NCBI RefSeq assembly: GCF_009914755.1
Contig: NC_060929.1
Direction: 5' to 3' (one strand)
Length of the DNA: 64,000 nt
Origin: the human T2T-CHM13v2.0 reference genome, Homo sapiens
The notes under the pieces were generated by a model. The model was not told the origin of the DNA. It searched no databases and worked only from the letters and a program-made list of their open reading frames with translations. Each line of letters opens with the position of its first letter. Within the stretch, counting starts at the first letter, position 1. The position numbers were made by a program, and so were the translations under genes. Below are positions 1 through 64,000 of the stretch, one piece after another.

Positions 1-360
1 GTTCTGGCTGCACACTTCTTGGGCGGTGCCTAACTTCAGCAGCACCCAATGGTCAGCAGCGCACAGTACCCCCACATGAATGGCTTCCCTTGACATGCAC
101 AAGGTCCCTTCTCTGCAAAGTGCCCCAAGCCCAGCACCTTCTCCAGCTGCAACTCCACAGCCTCAGCAAACCTCTGTCTTTCACAGCTGTGTCCTCTCAC
201 ACGAAGTCTGGATCTCAGCCCGGATCTCAGCCCTGAGCTTTCTTCTTTGAGTTGTTCTGTCTCAGCCTGGGGTGAAAAGCCCATATCGGCTGTTCCCTGC
301 ATCTGCCCAGGCTTCTCTTTATTCCTTACTACCCAATCCCCATTCCAATCCTCTGTTAAT
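1..360 (+). mobile_element. Old ERVL-type LTR fragment (LTR33/LTR41-like)
   Basis: Composition and motif resemblance only. Confidence 0.3.
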
Positions 361-368
361 AACTCTTA

Positions 369-916
<548 letters not shown>

Positions 917-919
917 TAA

Positions 920-1111
<192 letters not shown>

Positions 1112-1244
1112 TGACTGGATTCTGATATAATGCTTAACAACCTTTCTAATTACAAAGGTATTACATATAAAATCAGACAAGCAAGAAGACAATCCATCCC
1201 ACCTTCTAGTACTCTTGCCCTCCAGAGGTAGCTCCAGTTAATAT

Positions 1245-45670
<44,426 letters not shown>

Positions 45671-46174
45671 TTTCTGAAAAGGAAAATAAAGCAGGTTGAT
45701 CCCTTATAGTAAGATTTTTCTTAGAAGAGCATTTCCCACTGTTTCCGAAGAAACCAGGAATTAAAGGAATGCCTGGAATTTCAACACAAAAGATAAATTG
45801 TTGGAAAATTATGAAACATCAGTATTCATCTACTTAATCAACAAATATTTACTAAGCACCTACTATATATCAGGTACAGTGCTAGACATTGGGGATCTAG
45901 CAACCAACAAGACAGACACCCATCTGCCTCCATTCATGAAGCTTTCCAGATATCAGTTATGGACACAATGTGGTAACATGAGCATATACTGAACATTTAT
46001 ATTAAAGAAAAACATAGACAAAATTGTATAGCCTGGCAGCAACAATTTGATCGAATTACTCAGTTTTAAAAAATCATTATTTTGTGTTCATGTTTTAAGT
46101 CTCGGTGCTCTGGCCGGGCGCGGTGGCTCACGCCTGTAATCCCAGCACTTTGGGAGGCCGAGGCAGGTGGATCA

Positions 46175-51800
<5,626 letters not shown>

Positions 51801-52449
51801 GCTATCATTTAAATTATAAAGTAAAAAACTGGGGGGCCAGGCGCAGTGGCTCACACCTGTAATCCCAGAACTTCGGGAGGCTGGGACGGGCGGATCACTT
51901 GAGTTCAGGAGTTCAAGACCAGCCTGGCCAACATGGCGAAACCCCATCTCTACTAAAAATACAAACAAATTAGCCGGGCGTGGTGGTGCATGCCTGTAAT
52001 CCCAGCTACTCGGGTGGCTGAGGCACAAGAACTGTTTGAACCCAGGAGGCAGAGGTTTCAGGCTTCAGTGCCACTGCACTACAGCCTGGGCAACAGTGTG
52101 AGACCCTGTCTCGAAAAAAAAAAAGAAAAAAAAAAACCTGGGGCCAGGCGCAGTTGCTCACACCTGTAATCCCACCACTTTGGGAGGCCAAGGCAGGCAA
52201 ATCACTTGAGCCCAGGAGTTCGAGACCAGCCTGGGCAACATGGTAAGACTCCAGCTCTACAAAATAATTTTTTTAAAAGTTAGGCAGCCGTGATGGTGTG
52301 CGCCTATAGACCCAGCTACTCGGGAGGCTGAGGTGGGAGGATCTCTTGAGCCCAGGAGGTTGAGGCTATAGTGAGCTGTGATCAAGATACTGCACTCAAC
52401 TTGGGTGACAGAGTGAGAGAGACCCTGTCTCAAAAACAAAAAAAAAGTA

Positions 52450-53080
52450 ATGATCCTATTCACAGTACCCTCTTCATCAATTACACAGGTTTGGATCATT
52501 GAAAAGACTTAGAAGACTCCGCATAGTATCCTCACATAAGGCTTTAATAAAGGTAAAGGATAGATACAAAAAAAAAAAAACCCAACAAACCAAAAGGCAA
52601 GTGAAACACCACACCCAGTTCCTAGGGTCCTTTTGCAGCCACAGAGGATGTGGAAGATGTGCTTCATCTTTAAGCAATGAACCAGCTAGATGATACATGC
52701 AAGACACCTTGGTCTCAAGAGAACTGTAACCTCATCTGAGGCTCTTTTATACTCCTCTGATCAGGTAGCCAACACTAGCTTGCATACCAGGGCTCAAAAC
52801 CAGAAACAAGCTGGTATAGTCAAGCTGGGGCAGTGACATGCACCTGTAATCCCAGCTACTTGGGAGGCTGAAGTGGGAGGATCACTTGAGCCCAGAAGTT
52901 CAAAGCCAATGAGATTTCATCTCCAAAAAGAAAGAAAGAAGCAAGAAACAGGCTGCTCCCTGGTCTGTCTCCCACCCCAGCACAGGACTCTATTAATCAC
53001 TGGCTAGTACATTTCATTTAGGTTTGGCCAAGGAACAGCACCAAGGCTTCAGGCCTCCCCAGAGATAAATGAGTACAGAG
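52450..53080 (-). mobile_element. Possible degenerate ERV-L-class LTR upstream of the gag-pol relic
   Basis: Resembles MER68/MER77-group LTR sequence and sits 5' of the internal relic; highly diverged. Confidence 0.35.
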
Positions 53081-53411
53081 TTGCAGCAGACCAGCAGACA
53101 TTGATCCTGTCTGACACAACGAAGTTTGGTGGTCAATCATGCCAGTCTAGAGGCTGTTTCTGGGGGAGGAGAAGTAATTTCCAAGGCCCTTTCCAGGTCT
53201 AATATTCTTTGACTACAGTGCTAAGAGTGCCATTGAGGCAACTGTGCCATGGAGCTAGGATTTAAACCCAAGTCTGTGTGACTCCAGTGTCTGTCCTCTT
53301 TCCTCCATACCATCCTGCCTCCAAAGAGAGAAACAATAGCAAGACAAAGAAGGGACCATAGGTTTAGGTGTGGAAGAAAAGCACCTTTGCCAGGGATAGT
53401 AATTTACTTAC

Positions 53412-53537
53412 CTGAGGTTTATCCACAGTTCTAGTCTAATAGAGGAGAATGCTGGCCAGTGGAAGGAAAGTATGTGGCTGAAGAACAAATGCTCTGTCCG
53501 TCCTTTAGTAGGAAGCAGTGAGAAAATATTTAAGGAA
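53412..53537 (-). other. NAIP: NAIP 5'UTR exon (126 nt)
   Basis: Strong acceptor ttttttgcattttag|TTCC and consensus donor CAG|gtaagt; matches my recollection of the NAIP cDNA leader directly before aaaATG. Confidence 0.85.
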
Positions 53538-53637
53538 CTAAAATGCAAAAAAAAATCGCGCAGTCAGAGACTTTACCAGTAAATGCTCTAAGGTCTTGAG
53601 TCAACAGGATTTAATCAGGACCCAAAAGGAGTAATGA

Positions 53638-53811
<174 letters not shown>

Positions 53812-56235
53812 TAGGATTATAGGCATGAACCACCACATCCGGCCTTTATTCTAGTTTGTTAAGATTGGTTAATAGTTAAGGTGCTAGTGTCTTATTTCTG
53901 TTATAGTAACAGTTTCTATCTTTCTGGTAGCTTTTAGGATCTTTTCTCCTAAGTGTAGACCTCTCTACATTCATTGGGCTGGGTATTCAATGGGCATTTT
54001 CAATCTGAGCTCTTGGGTCTCCCATCAAGCCTGGGAAATTACCTTCTATTATTTATTTGATAACTTCCTACTGTCTGTTACTCTCTTTTTACTCTTTTGG
54101 TATTCCCACTATTCAGGTGAGTAATTAATTGATCACTTATTTTTTTTTCATATATTCTTTTCCTACTTTCTAAGGGTCTCGCTCTGTCATCCAGGCTGGA
54201 GTGCAATGGCACAATCACAGCTCACTGCAGCCACCACCTCCTGGACTCAAGTGATCCTCCCACCTAGCCTCCCAAGTTTTGGGACTACAGACGTGTGCTA
54301 CCATGCACAGCTGATTTTATATTTTATTTTGTGTAGAGATGGGGGTCTCACCTTGTTGCCCAGGCTGGTCTCAAACTCCCGGGCTCAAGTGATCTGCCGG
54401 CCTCAGCCTCCCAAAATGCTGGGATGACAGGTGTGAGCCACCGCACCCAGCTGTCCTCTCCTTTATATTCCGGCTCTCCAATCTAGTTTAAAATTTCAGC
54501 AATTATAATTTCCCACAGCTCTTTCTTTTCTCTGTGCCTTATTTTCATAGTGTCAATTTTTTGAACCAGTGCCATCTTCCTGAATCTGCTGTACGATACT
54601 AATGTTTAAGTTCCTGTTTCCTGAATTATGTTTCCTCAAAGGTTTTTACCACTTACCTTGGTGTTTACTTTTCATATTATCAACTTTCCTCAAATGTGTA
54701 GTGATCCTGGGTTTTCAACTCATGTTTAAAAATTAAGTCATTTAAAAACACATTGGTCAAACTAATCATTAAAAAATCAGGAGCCACAGGAGTGGGACTT
54801 GAACCTGAGCCTTTCACTCTATGGAGAACAAGAATTACCCTAATGTCAGAATGTCAGAGAAAGATTTCAGAAAATGATTTCAAGTTACTTGGGGTTTTTT
54901 TTGTTTTGTTTTGTTTTTGGAGATGGGGTCTCACTTTGTCACCCAGACTGGAGTGCAGTGGCACAATCTCGGTTCACTGCAGCCTCTACCTCCCAGGCTC
55001 AAGTGATCCTCTCATCTCAGCCCCACAATAGCTGGGACTACAGGCATGCACCACCACACCTGGCTAATTTTTGTATTTCTAGTAGAGACAGGGTTTCGCC
55101 ATGTTGCCCAAGCTGGTCTTGAACTCTTGACCTCAAGCCATTTGCCCACCTCAGTCCCCCAAAATGCTGGGATTACAGTCATGAGCCACTGGGCCTGGCC
55201 CGTTACTTGTAAAGACAAAGCTAGCAGCCGAAAACTTACTTGGAACGTTCCTTGGACATAAAATCACCATTTCTTAAAAGGATTCTTAGTTTTGGGGTGC
55301 CAGTGCCCACACTGGTTCTCTAGGTCAGCTAAGAGAAAGCAATGTGTTCAATTTTGGGGGAAGCAGGGAAGACTCCTGTAATTTTTTGCCCCAGGGTAAA
55401 CACTTGTGTGTCAAATATTCTGATCATGGGGTAGAGAGAGCTGACTGTCCCGTGCACGGGCTTCCAATTAGTCCCTCAATTTTCAGCCCTTCATGTCACT
55501 CCAGCCCTCCTTCCTATCTGGCATCCTGTGTCCGCAGTTACTCCAAGCTTCTCCATAGGGCAGATAGTCTCTCATAGGAGACTCCATATTCAGGAAGCGG
55601 TTTCCTTGAGCTGCTTCCTTCCTGACTACTAGTCCATATAGTTTCTACTTTCCAAGAATGTGTTAAAATATTCTATGTGCTACTGGTCCCATTTCTGTTC
55701 TATTTTATTTTTTTTTACCTTTAAACTCTGTTGGACTTGACATTCTTGTTTTCTTAATTTTCCTGGGTTTATACTTTTAAGAATCAGTAATATTGTGTAT
55801 TTATTACCAAAAACATGAACTAAAATTTACATAGAGCCTATCAAGGAAAAACCATTTCTCTACTCACATTTCTGACATCAAATATATGGGTTTTCCACCA
55901 ACCAATTCTCCAATTCTCCACAGACAGCAGCTGAGTGTCTTACAATTTTACTCAATTCTGATGCTAATTAACCAGAGTTAGTGCAGACCCCACGGGTTAG
56001 GGGCTCAGCCCCCAAGACTGCCCCCTACTTCAGATGCCAGCCACAACTATTAGGACCTCAGGGTACCCACACTTCTGTCTGAGTTCACTACAAATCATGG
56101 GTATCTGCAACCCCCTCAGGTTCGATAATTTCTTTCTTGGGGGTTGGGGGAGTTTAGGAGCAGAGGTTTAATAGGCAAAAGAAAGAAAAACGAGAACAGA
56201 TCTCTCCCTTGTGAGGGGCTTCCGAAAGGAAAATC

Positions 56236-56340
56236 CGGCCTGCGGTGGACTGCACCAGATTTTATAGGTAGGCCTGAGGAGGCGGCGTCTGATTTGCGCA
56301 GAGCCCACAGGTTGGTTTGAACAGGTGTGACGTTTACATA
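56236..56340 (-). promoter_or_regulatory. LTR U3 core promoter (TATAAAA about 30 nt upstream of R start), same orientation as NAIP
   Basis: cctataaaatctgg; R starts ggattttcc at 56236; CRE half-site TGACG at about 56328. Confidence 0.6.
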
Positions 56341-57069
56341 GCACGCGGGGAAGGTTGGGCGCCCCACCCTAATCTTACTGTGACAAAGGGCAGAGTGACC
56401 TTGACATGCCATGTGCTTTCCAGAACAAGGGCAGAGAGTGACGCTCACTGTGGTGGGAGAGGAGACCCTCTGTTCCTAGAAAATCACAACAGCATGCCCC
56501 TGTGCTATATCCCTGGTTACTACAGCAGTCTTTGTTCTTGCCTAACAAGATTACTTCCCTGAACTGTAAAACTCCCTCAGTACTGCATACAGAGAGAGGT
56601 TAGGAGACATGGTGGTCGTGGATAGGAAATGAGGGAATTATGATAGGAAAGTTGGAGGTCCTGTTGCCGACACCCCTTAGGGTGGTCGGAGGCTGGGGTC
56701 AGTCCAGAAGCCTTCGGATGGCACCAGGAGGTAGCCCCAGCCAGAAATCCTCAGTTGCTCCAGGACCTCTTCCAGCCCCACACGACAGCTTGGTCCTCCG
56801 TGAAAGGAAACTGGTTCAAACATGGCCAATATGCCCAGCAGCCCGTGGGTATTGGGGGGTTCTCCATGTTCTCCCCAGCAAGCCTGTCCCCCAAAACTTG
56901 TAAGGCTGGCAGCCACGCTCATAATTTTTAAATGGCTAATTGGTGAAGGCAGAGTTTTCTCATTCACAGAAGCAGAAGGGGGCCCAGTATTTGGTTTGGT
57001 TTGATTCTAAAATGGAGGCCAAGAGCCTCGAAATCAAAGGACAGAGTTGAGGTCCGCCCCTTTACTCAC

Positions 57070-57158
57070 CTTTGCAATGAATGCACCTTGGAATCCCAGA
57101 CGAAGTCCCCAATATGAAGTGGCATTGTTGTCTGGGGTCAATACCCGGGGTTCGTCGT
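57070..57158 (-). other. NAIP: NAIP 5'UTR exon derived from ERV U5/PBS/leader
   Basis: Consensus donor AAG|gtgagt at 57070/57069 (the ERV major splice donor). The acceptor gcgag|ACGACG is weak and rests partly on recollection of the cDNA. Confidence 0.65.
57093..57111 (-). promoter_or_regulatory. Retroviral primer-binding site, tRNA-Pro type
   Basis: TGGGGACTTCGTCTGGGAT versus canonical TGGGGGCTCGTCCGGGAT, immediately after the U5 end. Confidence 0.8.
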
Positions 57159-57366
57159 CTCGCACCAACAAGGTTAAGGACACGATACACACGAAGAGTG
57201 GGTTTAGGAGCGGAGGTTTAACACGCAAAAGAAAAAGGAGAACAGCTCTCTCCCTTGTGAGAGAGAGCGGCTTCCGAAAGGAAAATCCCAGGTTCGATCG
57301 TTTCTTATAATGGCTCACAGAACTCAGAAACTTTACTTATGTTTACTGCTTTATTATAAAGGATAC

Positions 57367-57870
57367 AGATGAACAGGCAGTCGAAGAGGTACACAGGGCA
57401 ACGTCCAGAAGGGTCCCAGGTGAGCACAGGACCTTTTGTCTTCATGCAGTTTGAGGTGCATCGCCTTCTTGGTATGTGGTTGGGGTTAACCAAACCGAAA
57501 GCTCTCCAAACCTGTGGTTTATTTTTTAATGGAGGTGCCATCACTTAGGCATGATTGGCTAAATCACTGGCAACTGGTGGTTAATCAATCGCCAGCCCTT
57601 TTACCCTCTCTGGAGGTCGAGGCGTGGGGCTGCAAATCCCAGACCTCTAATCATGCCTTAGTCTTTCACGGGATAGCCCCCATCCTGAAGTTGTCTAAAG
57701 GATCCCAGCCACCAGTTAGCTCACTGTCATACACTCTTATCACTTGGAGATTCCAAAGGTCTTAGAAGCTCTTGTGTCAGGAACCAAGACCAAGTATTCT
57801 AATAAAAGATGTTTCTATCACCCCTGTCACTCAGGAAATTACAAGGGTTTCTGGAGATCTGTGCCAGGAA
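57367..57870 (-). other. NAIP: Putative first NAIP exon / TSS region inside MER21-type LTR
   Basis: Weak donor TCT|gtatcc at 57367; the 5' boundary cannot be determined from sequence; relies on recollection of the cDNA. Confidence 0.4.
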
Positions 57871-58129
57871 CTGGATGAAGATCAGATATATATATTTATT
57901 ATATCACAATATTGCAGCCTACTACTTGCCAGGCACAATTCTAAGCACTTTACATGTGTCCACTTAATTCCTTTAACAGTCCAAAATCAGCTATTGCTAT
58001 ATCATCTCCATATTACAGAAAAGGAAACTCAAGCACATAGGGGTTAAGGTTAACCAGTGATCTGGCTAGTCTGTACTTTTACCTGATGTTGTGCTGCCAT
58101 ACAGACTAGATTTTTTTTTTTTTTTTTAG

Positions 58130-58342
<213 letters not shown>

Positions 58343-59359
58343 TGATCCGCCCACTTCGGCCTCACCAAATGCTGGGATTACAGGCGTGAACCACAGCACC
58401 CAGCCAAGACTAGATTTTTAAGAAAAGGCAATCCAGATGTCCTAGAAGGTTCATTTCCTCTTTTTGGTGGTTTAGTAAATTTCTTAGTAAGGCTTCTAGC
58501 TGTTATAGCAGCATTAGTATGTGAACCACAGTTAAGCTCTAGTCCAACAAGGCCATTTCTTCAGCAGAGAAGCAATTGTTAAATAATCGACCAAGTATTC
58601 ATTGGCTCCCTCTTTTTGTATCAACATACACAATTGTTACAGTGCCAGTGTTTATTGGAACCACTTTCCATGGTGCATCCAGCTGTGCCCAGACCAGCAG
58701 GTCTTTTTCCAGAAGTCCAGATGGCAGGGGAACCTCTTCACGTTGTTGACCCTTCTCCCTGTAATTTTTTCCCCAATAAACCTTTTCATTATGTTGCTGT
58801 ATTTATACCCAAATACACATTACATTTATTTTAGTACCTTGTACATTTTGTTGCCCTTATAAATTGGAGGGGTTTTAAAAACTATTTTTTATTCTCAATA
58901 TTCATTGATGATGTATAGGACTCCTTCTGGACTGTTTAATATATGACTGTAAATCCCCCTGAATTTTCTTAGATGTTTGTAGTATCTGATTATGACAGTT
59001 TTGTCTTTTATTTATTGCCTTGTTGCATTGATTAGGGCCTCTAATATAATGTTGCTTAATAATGAAGATAGATATCCTATCTTATTCTTGACTTTTGGTA
59101 TAAATTCTTCTAAAGTTTGAGCATTAAACATGATGTTTGTTGTAGATTCTTAGTGGATACTCTTTAGCAGTTAAAGTAACTTCTCTTTTACTTCCAGTGA
59201 CACTACTACCTAATTTGAAGAGAGGATTTGGAATTTTGAGTTTCAAAATAATACTGTTTTCAAACACTTTTTTAGCTAAAAAGTACACACACATAGGGCA
59301 GTGTTTTAAAGTTTAGCTACTTCAGGGCATATGTGTATACTCACTGAAGTTTTAATTTA

Positions 59360-60670
<1,311 letters not shown>

Positions 60671-60724
60671 TAAGTACATATATAAATACATTAATGTTTA
60701 CAGAGCATTAAGAGAAGTGAAAAA

Positions 60725-61375
<651 letters not shown>

Positions 61376-61487
61376 GAGATTTGTTTGTTTATAAAGTTAC
61401 CTGAATTTGTTTTTTAAGTTTAGTAGAATTCTTTTATCAGGACCTGTTTTTAAGTTACCTATGTACCTCTCTAAATGGGATTACAGG

Positions 61488-61985
61488 CAGTAGCTCTCAC
61501 ACTTCAACATTTATGGTAACCACCTGGAGGATTTGTTAAAGCGGACTGCTAGACCCATCCTCAGAGTTTCTGATTCAACAGGCCTGTGATGGGGCTCAAG
61601 AATTTGCTTTTTTTTTTTTTTTTTTGAGATGGAGTCTCATTCTGTTGCCCAGGCTGCAGTGCAGTGGTGCGATCTTGGCTCACAGCAACCTCCGCCTCCT
61701 GGATTCAAGTGATTCTCCTGCCTCATCCTCCTGAGTAGCTGGGATTACAGATGCCCTTCACCACGGCCGGCTAATTTTTGTATTTTTAGTAGAGACAGGG
61801 TTTCACCATGTTGGTCAAGCTGGTCTCGAACTCCTGACCTCGTGATCTACCCACCTCAGCCTCCCAAAGTGCTGGGATTACAGGCATGAGGCACCGCGCC
61901 TGGCCAAGAATTTGCATTTCTAATGACTTCTTGGGTGATGCTAATGCTACTTACTGGTCCAAACACTACATTTAGAGTCACTGAC
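61488..61985 (+). mobile_element. MER5A hAT MITE interrupted by an Alu
   Basis: cagagtttctgattca...caagaatttgc[Alu]caagaatttgcatttctaa; 11-bp TSD caagaatttgc. Confidence 0.8.
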
Positions 61986-62382
61986 TGTAGAGATCCTTAA
62001 AAGATCCCTATTCCTCCAAAGAGTCAATTCTTAATGCTTAAAACTTGAACTAGGCTGGGCACAGTGGCTAACGTCTGTAATCCCAGCACTTTGGGAGGCC
62101 TAGGAGAGAGGATCATTTGAGGCCAGGAGTTGACACGAGCCTGGACAGCACAGCAAGAGTCCATCTCTTAAAAAAAAAATTCAGCCAGGCATGGTGGTGC
62201 ACACCTGTAGTCCTAGCTACTTGAGAAGCTGAATTGGGAGGATCACTTGTGCCCAGGAATTCAAGGCTGCAGTGAGTTGATTGTGCCATTGCACTCCAGC
62301 CTGAGAGACAGAGTGATACTGCCTCAAAAAAACAAAAATTTAAATTTAAAACAGAAACACAAAAAACCTAAATTATCCCCTA

Positions 62383-62664
<282 letters not shown>

Positions 62665-63000
62665 TCACAAAAACAAAAACAAAAAGTAAATAAATTATCC
62701 CCTAAGAGGAGTATATCCCAGGAAAGTGTAACACCTGAAACTTAAAAGATTATCTGCCCTGATGATAAACGATAGAAAAGAGACAGGCCAGGCCAAAGTT
62801 TGTCAACTGGTGGACTGAAGATAAGTTTTATTTAGCCTCTGTGTTTTTCTAAATTAGAGGCTAACATCTCAAACTTGGGAGAATTCACTTTAAAAATCCA
62901 GTTTTTACGGCTGGGCATGGTGGCTCACGCTTGTGATTCCAATACTTTGGAAGACTGAGGTGTGCAGATTACTTAAGCTCAGGAGTTCAAGACCAGCCTA

Positions 63001-63216
<216 letters not shown>

Positions 63217-63479
63217 TTAGTTTCTCTTTAAGTATCATTCCCAGAAGAAAAAAATAGGCTGGGGCCAAATAATGGTTACCTCACTTTATTTTTACATTTT
63301 TTTGAATTAAGTAACAAAATTTAAAAAATACAAAAGGATGTACAGTGAAAAGTACATCTCCCTTCTATCCCTGATCCCCAGACTCTCAGAGGCTGCCTCC
63401 TTTAGATGGGGCGGGTGCTTTCCAGATGTCCCCACTCTGCATCAACTGGCCCTCTTTCACTTATCTGCATTGTCTGCCT

Positions 63480-63740
63480 GACCCCTTTAGACATCTGAGC
63501 TGCCTCCCAAACCATTTTACCACGCCTCTCCTGCATCCCCTTAACACTTGGCATGTCTGTCGTTAGCACTTTCACACAAGCTTCTTTACAAGGCTGTGTC
63601 TTTTTAGATGGGGAGATTCACAGATGCATGAGGTTAGGTTTACATCTTCTTTTGACTATCTACATCCCTGATAACTAGGATGGTGTCAGACTTATGGCAG
63701 ATGTACAAGTTTGTTGAGTGAATTAATAAATTAATGAATG
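63480..63740 (+). mobile_element. L2 3' end fragment
   Basis: Ends gtttgttgagtgaattaataaattaatgaatg, the typical L2 tail. Confidence 0.55.
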
Positions 63741-64000
63741 GGCAAATTGTGTATTGTTTCCAGGGTCCTGAGGTGTGACGCAAATAGCAATTCAGTCAGG
63801 TGAAATCAATAATTTAGATCCCATCAGGATCCCAGCCGAGTCCCCAGTCCATCTTGTAACACTTCTCCCCAGAACATACTTAAATTACCTGGAAATAATG
63901 AATCCTCTGCCCTTACAGAACTGGATCCAAAGCAGGCACTAGGGCACTCTAAGACTACTTCTCAGAAGTGTGACAACCTCCTGTACCCTTTTTCTCCTTA

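Larger units (their letters stand above)
56135..57288 (-). mobile_element. ERV-P (HUERS-P3/LTR9-like) insert: R-U5, PBS-Pro, leader, partial U3-R
   Basis: R region present twice (about 56150-56236 and 57200-57288); LTR end ...CA at 57115; PBS tggggacttcgtctgggat; TATAAAA at 56260-56266. Confidence 0.8.
55840..57916 (-). mobile_element. MER21-type (MER21C-like) solo LTR split by an ERV insert
   Basis: Starts tgcaatattgtgatataataaatatatat on the minus strand. Diagnostic blocks gacccc.cgggttaggggctcagcccccaagactgcccc and ggctcacagaactcag join across 56117/57306. Confidence 0.8.

Noticed and set aside
58600-58860. Unique-looking stretch with cag acceptor and AATAAA, possible terminal exon or pseudogene fragment
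   Set aside because: No recognisable protein similarity, and hexamers occur on both strands; cannot be supported without a search.

Overview
Human (or very closely related primate) genomic DNA carrying one complete, intact copy of NAIP (NLR family apoptosis inhibitory protein, BIRC1; SMA region of 5q13) on the minus strand. I assembled 14 coding exons by hand from GT-AG boundaries: 45670-45103, 44129-44030, 36613-36532, 34899-34848, 34573-34454, 31578-31479, 20629-20548, 19557-19500, 18641-16530, 12799-12632, 9824-9672, 9012-8926, 7059-6895 and 3233-2869. They total 4212 nt, giving 1403 aa plus stop (3 BIR, NACHT, LRR). The upstream non-coding exons lie in a nested LTR/ERV structure at about 55.8-57.9 kb. 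Almost every other ORF in the supplied track is Alu, L1 or ERV noise; I counted about 80-85 Alu copies by hand. This is a known gene and I found no wholly new gene system. The most interesting observations concern how the 5' end was built: (1) a retroviral transcript (R-U5-PBS...U3-R, 18-bp TSD) apparently retrocopied by L1 machinery into a MER21-type LTR; (2) an AUG donated by that insert that opens a 90-codon ORF overlapping the NAIP start out of frame; (3) a fossil ERV-L-class gag-pro-pol in the 5'UTR intron; (4) a 201-bp microhomology-flanked templated duplication; (5) an inverted AluY pair with signs of gene conversion. Repeat family names come from memory of consensus sequences and are not RepeatMasker results.
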